Shown here: positions 49,594 to 59,091 of the stretch, in pieces
Numbering within the stretch: the stretch's first letter is position 1
Layout of the letters: each line of letters starts with the position of its first letter
Assembly (NCBI GenBank): GCA_050309605.1
Contig: JBNRMN010000033.1
Span: forward strand, 128,001-192,000
Source: Anaerohalosphaeraceae bacterium
GTDB lineage: Bacteria; Planctomycetota; Phycisphaerae; Sedimentisphaerales; Anaerohalosphaeraceae
Length of the DNA stretch: 64,000 bases
Direction: 5' to 3'
Notes under the pieces: model-generated
The model's database searches: none
The model's input: only the letters and a program-made list of their open reading frames with translations
Told to the model about the DNA's origin: nothing
Position numbers and translations under genes: made by a program

Positions 49594-50346
49594 ATGAACA
49601 TTGCCGGATGTACAGCCGTGGTTACAGGCGCCTCGGGGCACCTGGGCCGAGCCATCGCGACGGACCTGGCGGCGCGAGGGATGGACTGTGTGTGCCATTA
49701 CCATCAACACGCCGCGGCCGCCGAGGCGGTCATCGAGCAGATCGCCGCCACGGGACGCCGGGCGGTTGCGGTGCCGGGCGATTTGGCCGTTGAAGACGAC
49801 ATTGCCCGGCTGTTTGAGGCTGCCGCGGGACTGGGCAAGGTGCGTGTTTTGATCAATTCGGCGGCGATTTTTGAGCGTAGGCCGCTGGCGACGCTGACCG
49901 CGGAGAATATCCACCAAACCCTTGCAGTCAATTTGGCCGCTCCGATGTTGACGAGTCGCTGTTTTGTTCGCGCCCTGGCGTCTGAGGGGCTGGAATGTCG
50001 TTCTGCCAAATCGCCTTTTGCTAAAATTGTGAATGTAACGGACGTGGCGGCGATCAAGCCGTGGGCCGAATACGCGGCCTATTGTGCCGCCAAGGCCGGA
50101 CTGGTCGGTCTAACCAAGGCCCTTGCCAAAGAGCTGGCGCCCGGCCTGACCGTCAATGCCGTCGCGCCGGGCATCGTCACTTGGCCCGAACCAAGAACAG
50201 CGCAGCAGGAGCAGTCACAGCTTGCCCGAATTCCCGCCGGACGGTTCGGACGAGCCGAAGAGATCACCCAAAGCATCGCGTTCCTGCTGGACAATGACTA
50301 CATTACAGGCCAAACCCTTGCTGTGGACGGCGGACGGTCGATTTGA
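49594..50346 (+). CDS. Short-chain dehydrogenase/reductase, pteridine reductase (FolM/PTR1)-like
   Basis: TGASGHLG, HYH, NSAAIF, YCAAKAG, VNAVAPG, YITGQTLAVDGG. Confidence 0.85.
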   Translation: MNIAGCTAVVTGASGHLGRAIATDLAARGMDCVCHYHQHAAAAEAVIEQIAATGRRAVAVPGDLAVEDDIARLFEAAAGLGKVRVLINSAAIFERRPLATLTAENIHQTLAVNLAAPMLTSRCFVRALASEGLECRSAKSPFAKIVNVTDVAAIKPWAEYAAYCAAKAGLVGLTKALAKELAPGLTVNAVAPGIVTWPEPRTAQQEQSQLARIPAGRFGRAEEITQSIAFLLDNDYITGQTLAVDGGRSI

Positions 50347-50526
50347 TTGACAGCCCCGCTACGAGAGAAAGACAAAGGCCCCACGGATCACCGGACAACG
50401 GCCAACTTTTGTTTACTTTCTGCGTAATATAGGGTATAGTAAATAGATAAGAAAATGTAAATACCTGTTTGTCTAATCTTAATACCGAATGCCGGACAAA
50501 TGTATTATTTAAGCGAAAAAATTGAT

Positions 50527-50859
50527 ATGCTTGACAAACGTATCGTGAATACGATTCGGGCGTGCAAGGATCAAATTCGGCACATGGCCGGCAAGACCGA
50601 AATGCAAATTGTTTTGTATGGCTCGCAAGCCAGAGGAGATGCTGAGCAAGATTCTGATTTGGATTTGCTGGTTCTTGTGCCGGACTCAGTGAACCTGACG
50701 CAAAAGCGGGCAATTCATGATGCTATTTACGAAATCGGTCTCGACAACGATGTGGTTGTCAGTGTGATTATAACCACACATCGTCAATGGGAATCGCCTG
50801 TAACACAATCACTGCCGTTATATAAAAACATCACACAAGAAGGGATTCGGGTAGTTTGA
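50527..50859 (+). CDS. Minimal nucleotidyltransferase (MNT) antitoxin
   Basis: LYGSQARGDAEQDSDLDLLV motif; C-terminal EGI. Confidence 0.88.
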   Translation: MLDKRIVNTIRACKDQIRHMAGKTEMQIVLYGSQARGDAEQDSDLDLLVLVPDSVNLTQKRAIHDAIYEIGLDNDVVVSVIITTHRQWESPVTQSLPLYKNITQEGIRVV

Positions 50860-51242
50860 TGTATCCCAAAGAAGATCTCATCCACTATCGTATAGATCGT
50901 GCTCGAGAAACTCTTGAAGAGGCGAACTTGATGTATAAAAACGGGTATTTGCATGGTGCAGCTAACAGGCCATACTATGCCTGTTTTTATGCTGTCCTTG
51001 CGCTGCTTGCCAGGCATGATTTATCGAGCAGCAAACATAGCGGAGTGATGGGTTTGCTTAACAGAGAGTTTGTGAAACCAGGGCGAATCCCGCTTGAAAT
51101 GGGTAAGTTTTATTCACGTGTTTTTGATGCTCGGTCGGAAGGAGATTACGCAGACTTTTTATCCGAAGCTGAAATAGCAGAGACGGATTTAGACATGGCA
51201 AAGCGGTTTATCCAAAGTATAGAGGAACTTATTCAGGAATAA
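50856..51242 (+). CDS. HEPN domain protein (toxin of MNT-HEPN pair)
   Basis: ANRPYYACFYA, SKHSGV, FDARSEGDY; overlaps the MNT stop. Confidence 0.88.
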   Translation: MMYPKEDLIHYRIDRARETLEEANLMYKNGYLHGAANRPYYACFYAVLALLARHDLSSSKHSGVMGLLNREFVKPGRIPLEMGKFYSRVFDARSEGDYADFLSEAEIAETDLDMAKRFIQSIEELIQE

Positions 51243-51281
51243 TAACAGCTTGTTTCAGGTTATAAGGGATAGTTCAACACA

Positions 51282-52520
51282 ATGACACAATTCAGTGAGA
51301 TACCCGATGTCCTTGACGATTTGCGTCAGGGCAAGATGATCGTGCTTGTGGATGACGAGGATCGCGAAAACGAGGGCGATCTGGTGGCAGCGGCCGAGCT
51401 GATCACGCCGGAGATGATCAATTTTATGGCCACACACGGCCGGGGGATGATTTGCCTTCCGATGGATGAAGACCGATGTGACCGTCTGGGGCTGTATCCC
51501 CAGACGCTGTATAACACCGCTCGTCTGGGCACGGCCTTTACGGTAACGATTGATGCTCGCGAGGGCATCACGACCGGCATCAGTGCCGCCGACCGGGCGC
51601 ATACCATTCGCACGGCGATTGATGACAACTGCACGCCGGCGGATCTGGCTCGGCCGGGGCATATCTTTCCGCTGCGGGCGCGCAAAGGGGGTGTGCTGGT
51701 CCGCGCCGGGCAGACCGAAGGGGCGGTCGATTTGATGCGTCTGGCGGGATTGAAACCGGCCGGGGTGATTTGTGAGATTATGAGCGACGACGGGACGATG
51801 GCCCGCGTGCCGGAACTGATGGACTATTGCCGCCGATTCGGGCTGAAAATGACCTCCATCGCCAAGCTCATCGAGTATCGCCTGCAGCGCGAAAAACAAA
51901 TCATTCGAATTCAGGAAGTCAACCTGCCGACCGATTACGGCCAGTTCAAACTCATCGGTTACGAAAGCCCCGGTTCGACCGAGCCGCACCTGGCCCTGTG
52001 CAAGGGCGGCGTCGGCGATCTGGATGACCACGGCAATCCCATTGCCCATCCTGAACCGATACTGATTCGCGTGCATTCGGAATGTATGACCGGCGATTTG
52101 TTTCATTCGCAGCGCTGCGAGTGCGGCTATCAACTGATCACCGCGATGCAGATGATCGAAAAGGAGGGCAAAGGCGCTTTGATCTATCTGCGTCAGGAAG
52201 GCCGCGGCATCGGCCTGGCCAATAAGCTGCGGGCGTACAAACTTCAGGAACAGGGACGCGATACGGTCGATGCCAATCTGGAGCTGGGATTTATGGCCGA
52301 TAAGCGCGATTACGGCATTGGCGCGCAGATTTGCCATGATCTGGGACTTAGCCGTGTCCGCATTTTGACCAACAATCCCAAAAAAGTCTCGCGTTTACAG
52401 GTCTATGGCATTGAGATTGTCGAACAGCTTCCCTTGTGGGCAAAACCGGTTGAACACAATCGACGTTATCTTGAAACCAAACGCGATCGATTCGGCCATT
52501 TGCTTGAGGAGGATTTATAA
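51282..52520 (+). CDS. ribBA: Bifunctional DHBP synthase / GTP cyclohydrolase II
   Basis: [28 protein letters not shown]...[19 protein letters not shown]. Confidence 0.96.
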   Translation: MTQFSEIPDVLDDLRQGKMIVLVDDEDRENEGDLVAAAELITPEMINFMATHGRGMICLPMDEDRCDRLGLYPQTLYNTARLGTAFTVTIDAREGITTGISAADRAHTIRTAIDDNCTPADLARPGHIFPLRARKGGVLVRAGQTEGAVDLMRLAGLKPAGVICEIMSDDGTMARVPELMDYCRRFGLKMTSIAKLIEYRLQREKQIIRIQEVNLPTDYGQFKLIGYESPGSTEPHLALCKGGVGDLDDHGNPIAHPEPILIRVHSECMTGDLFHSQRCECGYQLITAMQMIEKEGKGALIYLRQEGRGIGLANKLRAYKLQEQGRDTVDANLELGFMADKRDYGIGAQICHDLGLSRVRILTNNPKKVSRLQVYGIEIVEQLPLWAKPVEHNRRYLETKRDRFGHLLEEDL

Positions 52521-52523
52521 ACC

Positions 52524-52997
52524 GTGAGTCGTGTATGGGGCGTAGTACTGATTGCGGCAGGGGTCTTTTTGTCAACCGGCTGCGTTTCGGATCCCTTGGA
52601 TACGCAGCGGCGGTCTGTATGCCTGCGCCTGCTGGCGCTGACGGTTCTCGAATCGGATTCGGACGGTCAGGGCAAGGTCGTGCGGGCGTTTGTCCAGCCG
52701 ACGGATACCGCCCCGGTGCAGTGGTATCGCTTTGAACTGTATGAGCGGATGCCTTATGACGTCAACCCGCGAGGAAAACGGCTGGTTCTTTGGCCGGAGA
52801 TTGAGCCGGGCCTGCCGCGGCCGGATAACGCCCAATGGTATCAGCGGCTGGGTGCGTACGAAATCGCGCTGCCCGTGACCGAGCCGATCCCGAAGGAAAA
52901 ACGGTTGTTGCTGGAAGTAACGGCGTTGACCGCCGACGGCTTACGCTGTTCGGATACCGTTGAGATCGAATCAAACACCAATCTGACAGGTTCATAA
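52524..52997 (+). CDS. Hypothetical lipoprotein
   Basis: Lipobox STGC; 3 bp from both flanking genes. Confidence 0.65.
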   Translation: MSRVWGVVLIAAGVFLSTGCVSDPLDTQRRSVCLRLLALTVLESDSDGQGKVVRAFVQPTDTAPVQWYRFELYERMPYDVNPRGKRLVLWPEIEPGLPRPDNAQWYQRLGAYEIALPVTEPIPKEKRLLLEVTALTADGLRCSDTVEIESNTNLTGS

Positions 52998-53000
52998 TCC

Positions 53001-53573
53001 GTGAATTGGAAATCCAAACATCAGCGGCTCGATGATGATGCCCTCGTCAAACAATGCCAGCGGGGAGATTCGGAGGCAATGAGCCGCCTGATTTGTAAGT
53101 ATCAAGACAGGGTATATAACACAATTTTAAAAATCTGCAATAATTCCGACGACGCCGCGGAACTTACGCAGGATACATTTGTCAAAGTATTGGAGAACAT
53201 AACGGATTTTCGCGGAAAAAGCTCATTTTATACGTGGCTGTTTCGCGTCGCGTGCAACGAGGCGATCAATTTCTGCCGTCGGCGGTTTAAGGTGGTCTCC
53301 CAGTCGCTGGACAGCGGGATGGCGCTGCCGGCGGATATGTCCGACAACGATCCGGCGCGTCTGGCCCAGCAGAAAGAAGTCATTGCGCTGCTGACCGAGG
53401 CCATCAGCCGGCTGGATGAGGATCATCGTGCTGTGCTGGTTCTTCGCGACATTGAACAGATGTCATACAATCAGATTTCGGATGTGCTTGGGCTGGAGTT
53501 GGGGACGGTCAAGAGCCGACTGAGCCGGGCGCGTGCGATGTTGCGTGAGATTCTTGAGACGGTGTTGACATGA
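53001..53573 (+). CDS. ECF RNA polymerase sigma factor
   Basis: DAAELTQDTF, SFYTWLFRVA, SYNQISDVLG...GTVKSRLSRAR. Confidence 0.93.
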   Translation: MNWKSKHQRLDDDALVKQCQRGDSEAMSRLICKYQDRVYNTILKICNNSDDAAELTQDTFVKVLENITDFRGKSSFYTWLFRVACNEAINFCRRRFKVVSQSLDSGMALPADMSDNDPARLAQQKEVIALLTEAISRLDEDHRAVLVLRDIEQMSYNQISDVLGLELGTVKSRLSRARAMLREILETVLT

Positions 53574-54577
53574 ATAATGACCCGAAAACCGAAATGGACG
53601 AATTGCTGAGTGCGTATATCGATGACGCACTGACTCAGCGTCAGCAAACCGAGCTGAAACGTCTGCTGCAGCATCAGCCGGAGATTGCCGAACAGCTCAG
53701 CCGTCTGCGCCGTCAGCGGGAGCTGCTTTGTTCGCTGCCGATTGAGACGGCGCCGCCGACGCTGGTCGATGATGTGAAGACTCAACTGGAACGCCGACTG
53801 ATTCTCGAACAAAGGCAATCCCGCGGCTTGCTGAATCGTGCTTCTCTGCTGCGCCGGCGCATCACGGCTGCGGCGGCGATGCTGCTGCTGCCGATAGTGC
53901 TGTTGGGCTATGTGGTCTGGCGGATTGTTATGCCCGTTGCAGATGAGACGACGCAACGCACCACCGCGCAGGCGCTGTTGGAAGAGGACGCAGCGATTGC
54001 CGCGGTTGAACAGGACGAGTCCGCGGCATCCGAGGCCTTTGCAGCGCTGCCGTTTGACGGCGTTCTCGTGCTGACGTCGGAACGCCCGATACTGACGGCA
54101 CAGTCGATTGAAAAACAGATTTTCCTGTTGTCCCTGGAACACCAGACGATTCCCAATCGCACCGCTGAGAAGGTGACATTTCAGCTTGACTGCCCGGCCG
54201 AGCAGTTGGCCGAATTCATTGAGTCGCTCAAGCCGCTCTGGGCGCAGATTGACGACAGTCGGTTGACGCTTCAGGGCGATGACGCGGCGCAGCGGACCAT
54301 TACGATACCGCATATCCGCCCCGAACAGATTCAAACCCTCGTTCGCCAAACGGACACGATGCCGCTGCGGTCTGCGGCTCGACAATTCGCTGCGGCGAAC
54401 ATTTCGTCGCGTCCCGCCACGGAACAGGCCGGTGCTGCGGACGAGGAGCACGTCATCACACCCGATGATCTGCCGATTCCTCGACCGATATTGGCCTGGC
54501 CCGAACAGCCGCCGCCCCAAGCGACAATGACACTGCCTCATGTGCAATTGCTGATTGAGGTGCGCAAGCCGGAATGA
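53570..54577 (+). CDS. Membrane-anchored anti-sigma factor
   Basis: ELLSAYIDDAL N-terminal anti-sigma motif, one TM; ATGA overlap with the sigma gene. Confidence 0.8.
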   Translation: MNNDPKTEMDELLSAYIDDALTQRQQTELKRLLQHQPEIAEQLSRLRRQRELLCSLPIETAPPTLVDDVKTQLERRLILEQRQSRGLLNRASLLRRRITAAAAMLLLPIVLLGYVVWRIVMPVADETTQRTTAQALLEEDAAIAAVEQDESAASEAFAALPFDGVLVLTSERPILTAQSIEKQIFLLSLEHQTIPNRTAEKVTFQLDCPAEQLAEFIESLKPLWAQIDDSRLTLQGDDAAQRTITIPHIRPEQIQTLVRQTDTMPLRSAARQFAAANISSRPATEQAGAADEEHVITPDDLPIPRPILAWPEQPPPQATMTLPHVQLLIEVRKPE

Positions 54578-54609
54578 ATGGAGAATTTAGAATTTAGAAT
54601 TGTATAGGA

Positions 54610-55149
54610 ATGCTCAGCTCGGATAAATCGTGTCTGGTCGTGATTGATGTACAGGAGAAACTGGCCGCGGTGATGCACGAATCGGCGGGGATGGTTTCCA
54701 ATTGCGTCGTCCTGGTGCGAATTGCCCGCACGCTGGATATGCCTGTGTTGTGGTGTCAGCAGTATCCCGAAGGCATCGGGCCGACGGTTGAGCCGCTGCG
54801 GGAGCATTTGAGCGGCATCGAACCGATAAACAAGCGGTGCTTTAGCTGCGTCGGGCATCCGGATTTTTCGGCCAGGCTCGAACAGCTCAATGTCGAAACG
54901 GCGATCTTGTGCGGCATTGAAACCCACGTCTGTGTCTTTCAAAGCGCGATGGAACTGATGCAAAAAGGTCTGTATGTCCACGTCATCGCCGATGCCGTTG
55001 CCTCGCGGACGCCGGCGAATAAACATCTCGGCCTGAATCGTATGGCCGCGTCCGGTGCGGTCATCAGTTCAACGGAAATGCTTCTGTTTGAATTGCTGCG
55101 AAGTGCCGAGCATCCGCACTTCAAGACACTCAGCAAGCTGATTCGGTGA
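54610..55149 (+). CDS. Isochorismatase-family hydrolase
   Basis: VIDVQEKL, QYPEGIGPT, K..FSC, GIETHVCV, ADAVASR. Confidence 0.9.
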   Translation: MLSSDKSCLVVIDVQEKLAAVMHESAGMVSNCVVLVRIARTLDMPVLWCQQYPEGIGPTVEPLREHLSGIEPINKRCFSCVGHPDFSARLEQLNVETAILCGIETHVCVFQSAMELMQKGLYVHVIADAVASRTPANKHLGLNRMAASGAVISSTEMLLFELLRSAEHPHFKTLSKLIR

Positions 55150-55151
55150 GT

Positions 55152-55472
55152 TTACGGCTTGAGCGAATCGGCCAGATGAATCTGTTTATATCGGTCGGGG
55201 TGGTAGTATAATTGCAGCAGGGCGGTCAATTGCATAAAATCCACATAGTAGCGCCGAGCTTCGGCGTCGGCCAACAGCCACTTTTCCAGCCGCAAGAGAT
55301 ACCGCCGTTCGAGTACGCCGTCCAGCAATTTGAGAATGAACACACCCAGCCGCACCCAGCGTCGCGCCGTGGGGTCGATCGGATCGGATTCGGCGGCCGA
55401 ACCGAGCGACTCGTCGCACAATCGGTTCAGCTTGTTGATTTCGGACTGAATGTCATTAATGTCTTCGAACAT
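55152..55472 (-). CDS. Small hypothetical protein resembling the N-terminal domain of planctomycete anti-sigma (FecR-type) proteins
   Basis: LLDGVL...LEKWLLADAEARRYYVDFMQLTALL. Confidence 0.5.
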   Translation of the reverse strand: MFEDINDIQSEINKLNRLCDESLGSAAESDPIDPTARRWVRLGVFILKLLDGVLERRYLLRLEKWLLADAEARRYYVDFMQLTALLQLYYHPDRYKQIHLADSLKP

Positions 55473-55602
55473 AATTAAATTGTACGTTCCCTATGCCGAT
55501 GTGCCTACTTTTTTTCGCCGAACAATCCTTTTTTTCGACATTTTTTGTGAAAAAATGAATCAAAAAACAGAAAAACGGGTTTTTTAGGCTAATCGTCATC
55601 TC

Positions 55603-57702
55603 TTATGGCATTTTTTTGAGACCTTCCCACTTAACGACCCATTTTCCATCGTCCGGAAATCCGGGGGCATTGCGCGTCGGGGCGTCGTCCCAGCCGGCGG
55701 CCATCATCGCCGCCGCTGTCAGCAGGCCGCCGTTGCCGGGCATATAGACCGGCAGGCCTTCACGCTGCCAGTTGTGTCCGTTGGGCAGATAGCGGTTTTT
55801 CTGCACTTCCAGCAGCAGGGCGTCAATCGCCCAATCCGGCCTGCCGACCCGTGCGGCGGTCATCGCGATCATCGGATAATCCCAGCCCCACGTGTCGCTC
55901 CAGTCCCAGTTGCGCAACACATGTTCGACGGTCCGCGTCATCACCGCCTCGTTGACCATTCGCGATTTGGGCAGCACGCCCCAGGCGGCCAGCATACAGG
56001 GATGTCCGCCGTCGGCAACGAGCGGATGTTCCTGCTCCACATAGACACCGTTGTGTATCGGCAGTATCGCCAGATTACCCGCGATGCGCTCCCACATCGC
56101 GGCCGGTTCCAGTCCGAGCCGCTGACGCCACTGGGAGGCGGTGCGCAGCGCCCAATGCCAATAGGCCAGCTCAAAGGCAGCATTTTTGGTTTCGGCATAG
56201 CGTTTCGGCTCAAATTCCCGTGCCGAAATCAGCGGCGGCCCCAGTACAAAACTTTCGCTGAGGTCGTCCCAGTGTGCAAAATCGGCCATAAACGTCGCCG
56301 TTTCAAAAACGATGTCCTGGTATTTTTCCAGCGTTTCAGTGGTCGGATTTTCACGATAAAGCAGCTCGGCATAATAAATCGGATGCGGTTGCTGCCAAAT
56401 CAGCAGCGGCCCGATGCCCGAAGGAGCGTCCTGACCGTCGGGGCCGACCATCTTGGGCCAGCGCACGCCGGCATAGCCCTGCCGCTCGGCAATCTGTCGC
56501 GCGACCGGCATAATCTGTTCATACCACGCCAGCGACCGCTCGAATAAAGCACTGCGTCCCCAGAGCATCCACTGCACGCCGTGCCACCAGTGCATTTCCA
56601 AATGAAACTTGCCGAACCAGCTCGTGCAGGTCAGCCCCGTCTCGGCCGGCGGGTACTTCTGGGCAGACTGAAGACCCATCAGATACTGCGACAGCACAAT
56701 CCGCCGTTCCAGCTCATACCAGCGTTCGTCGCTGCTTTCGGACAAGTCAATCGCTCCGCCGGAGGTCCAGAAATTGTGCCAATGAGTCGCGGCCTTGCGG
56801 CTGATGTCCTCGAATGATTCGACGGGCGAATCGATGGGCGTCTGTGAAAAGAGGACCGAAAACGTCAACGTCTCATCGCCGTTCGGCCCGAACAGCAGGT
56901 ATTCGTGACGATCAGTCTTGAGCAGCTTGCCGTTGTGGTGAATGCGGCAGAAATACGTCAGTGTATCCAGTTCGCGCTCGATCAGGGCGCTGGTTTCGTT
57001 TTCGCGGACTGTTTGGGTCCGATGTTTGCTCGGCTGCGACCAGTCGGCCGGGTCATTGCCCCATGTCGCCGACGGATACGGAAAACGCAGGGCGATTTTG
57101 ACACGTCCGTCCCGCAGCAGGGCGCTGTCAATCGACACGGCGATGCCGTCATAGTCGGGATGTGCGACGGTGTGTACTTCGACCGGCTGGCCGTCGATGG
57201 CAAATCGGCTGACGAGCCGTCCTTCCCACAGCCGCAGTGTTTGGTTGATTTGCGACAGATCGGCCACGGTCAGCCGCCTGCCGTTTTCATCCGTCAGGAC
57301 AAAGCCGATCTGCCCCAGATGCGTTTGATGCGGATTGGCTCGCAGATAGCGTCCGGCGGGGGATTCACTGATGATGTTGTACTCCACCGCTCGGCCGTAG
57401 GTATCGGCCTTGACAAAGGTATCGGCCAGCGTATAGCCCTCGGTGTTTTCGAATCGGTTCCAGCCCCACTCGGCCATTGTGGTCAAGGGAATCGTGTTCG
57501 CGTAGTGGGCGGGAAAACTTTGCAGCCCGGTTACATCGGCGTTAAACGCAAATCGCCCGTTGCCTACCGACAGCGGCGCCAGCGGATCGGCGGCGGTCAG
57601 CTTGACATCGTGTCGGCTGACAAGCGCCTTGCGGTCAATCCCCTCTGCCCGGATTGCACCGCCAACCACCGCGACCCACACCAACGCCATCCGAATGTCC
57701 AT
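55603..57702 (-). CDS. Secreted six-hairpin glycoside hydrolase (GH65/GH95-like)
   Basis: LVSRH, LSVGNGRFAFNADVTGLQ, WFGKFHLEM, WGWDYPM, PGNGGLL; GGAGG RBS. Confidence 0.75.
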   Translation of the reverse strand: MDIRMALVWVAVVGGAIRAEGIDRKALVSRHDVKLTAADPLAPLSVGNGRFAFNADVTGLQSFPAHYANTIPLTTMAEWGWNRFENTEGYTLADTFVKADTYGRAVEYNIISESPAGRYLRANPHQTHLGQIGFVLTDENGRRLTVADLSQINQTLRLWEGRLVSRFAIDGQPVEVHTVAHPDYDGIAVSIDSALLRDGRVKIALRFPYPSATWGNDPADWSQPSKHRTQTVRENETSALIERELDTLTYFCRIHHNGKLLKTDRHEYLLFGPNGDETLTFSVLFSQTPIDSPVESFEDISRKAATHWHNFWTSGGAIDLSESSDERWYELERRIVLSQYLMGLQSAQKYPPAETGLTCTSWFGKFHLEMHWWHGVQWMLWGRSALFERSLAWYEQIMPVARQIAERQGYAGVRWPKMVGPDGQDAPSGIGPLLIWQQPHPIYYAELLYRENPTTETLEKYQDIVFETATFMADFAHWDDLSESFVLGPPLISAREFEPKRYAETKNAAFELAYWHWALRTASQWRQRLGLEPAAMWERIAGNLAILPIHNGVYVEQEHPLVADGGHPCMLAAWGVLPKSRMVNEAVMTRTVEHVLRNWDWSDTWGWDYPMIAMTAARVGRPDWAIDALLLEVQKNRYLPNGHNWQREGLPVYMPGNGGLLTAAAMMAAGWDDAPTRNAPGFPDDGKWVVKWEGLKKMP

Positions 57703-57739
57703 ACTTGGCCTCCCAATATGCAATGATCAATAATCAATT

Positions 57740-58294
57740 GAAAGAGTGGGTCTGTAAGCCGAGTTCTGTATCCCCGCACCTAAAAATTGATATTGATCAT
57801 TATCCATCGATGATTGTTGTGTGAACGCAATATCAACGTTGTCAATCTTCAATTTTTAGGTGCGGGGCAGCGGTCATTAAACTGGACCGGCCGTTGCCGA
57901 CCGGCTCTGACGACAGATCTGCCCGTCGTCAAGCGACCTACCCGCTGTGAAACGCCCGGGCCGGGCACACAGCATACTTGGTCTTGCAGGCGGTGGGGTT
58001 TGCCGTGCCGCCGCTGTTACCAGCGACGCGGTGCGCTCTTACCGCACCATTTCACCCTTACCTGTGCCCCGAAGGGCCATCGGCGGTGTCTTTTCTGCGG
58101 CACTTTCCCGCGGGTTGCCCCGGGCGGCCGTTAGCCGCCACCGTGCCCTGTCCTGCTCGGACTTTCCTCCCCGCACCTAAAAAAGTATGCACATATCACC
58201 CTCGTTGTGCTGTTCTTTGCACTCAGAACCACAGCACACAATCGTATCAGACCTACTTTTTTAGGTGCGGGGCGACCGCCCGACCCACTCTTTC
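57740..58294 (-). ncRNA. rnpB: RNase P RNA (class A) with two long inserted helices
   Basis: P1 GAAAGAGTGGGTC/GACCCACTCTTTC; GAGGAAAGTCCGAGC; AGTGCCGCAGAAA; GGTAAGGGTGAAATGGTGCGGTAAGAGCGCACC; GGCAAACCCCACC; ACAGAACTCGGCTTA. Confidence 0.95.
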
Positions 58295-58413
58295 AGAGTC
58301 CTATTATAAAGGGTAATGAGCGCAGATAAAGAAGGTTCGCCTGAAAATCGGCTTTTTGGCCTGTTTTTTGTGAAAAAAGGCCGCGATTGGAATCATCGCG
58401 GCCCGACAGAGAG

Positions 58414-59091
58414 TCAGTTTTCCCGGACGAGTACGTCAAGGGTGCGTGTGCCCCATTTTTTGGCCACGGCGTGGGAATGGAAGAAGACGTCAAGGCGGTT
58501 GCCTTTGATAACCCGTCCGCGGTCCAGCACCTGCACGGACCGGTTGTCATTGTACCCCGGAATAATCATTTCAGTGCCGAATTGATACATTTTATCGGCG
58601 GCGACGAACACATCACCCGGACGGATGCGGTGGTTGCAGGCGGTCACGCCGTCGGCAAACTTGCCGCAGCAGATGGAACACGGGCAATAGGCCGTGACGC
58701 GCATCCGGACAACCCGCCAGCGCTGGTCGTTTTTGACCACCTCATAGACTGCGTCCTGGTCATTTTGGTAGAGCCGTTCCAGGAGGTGCTGCTCAGCGGT
58801 GTAGCTTGACGTGTCCGCCTCGGCCTCGATTGGCTCTTCGGCTGCGGCGGCGGGCACATCCTCTTCATACGGCATCATCGCACGCAAATACAGGGTTCCG
58901 TCGGCGATAGCCATTGTCATGCAGCATCCGAGGACGAGCAAAAACAGGGCGGCCGCTGCCCATGCCGCGACGCCGAACAAATACGGCTGGCCCCCGTGCG
59001 GGCGCAAGGTTTTCTCCTGCTGTGCCAATTGTCGAACCTTTCCAAAAATATCGCATTCAGGCGGACTTACACAAGTCCTGTCCCCTTTCAC
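58414..59091 (-). CDS. 3D (Asp-Asp-Asp) domain protein, membrane anchored
   Basis: VTAYCPC..CCG...G.TA, VAAD, DRG...KGNRLDVF; one TM. Confidence 0.85.
   Translation of the reverse strand: MKGDRTCVSPPECDIFGKVRQLAQQEKTLRPHGGQPYLFGVAAWAAAALFLLVLGCCMTMAIADGTLYLRAMMPYEEDVPAAAAEEPIEAEADTSSYTAEQHLLERLYQNDQDAVYEVVKNDQRWRVVRMRVTAYCPCSICCGKFADGVTACNHRIRPGDVFVAADKMYQFGTEMIIPGYNDNRSVQVLDRGRVIKGNRLDVFFHSHAVAKKWGTRTLDVLVREN

Noticed and set aside
57772..58272. Repeated CCCCGCACCTAAAAA units as a CRISPR array
   Set aside because: Copies are inverted pairs inside rnpB, not regularly spaced direct repeats; no cas genes in the window
57814..58316. ORFs at 57814, 57947 and 57978
   Set aside because: They lie antisense to the RNase P RNA gene
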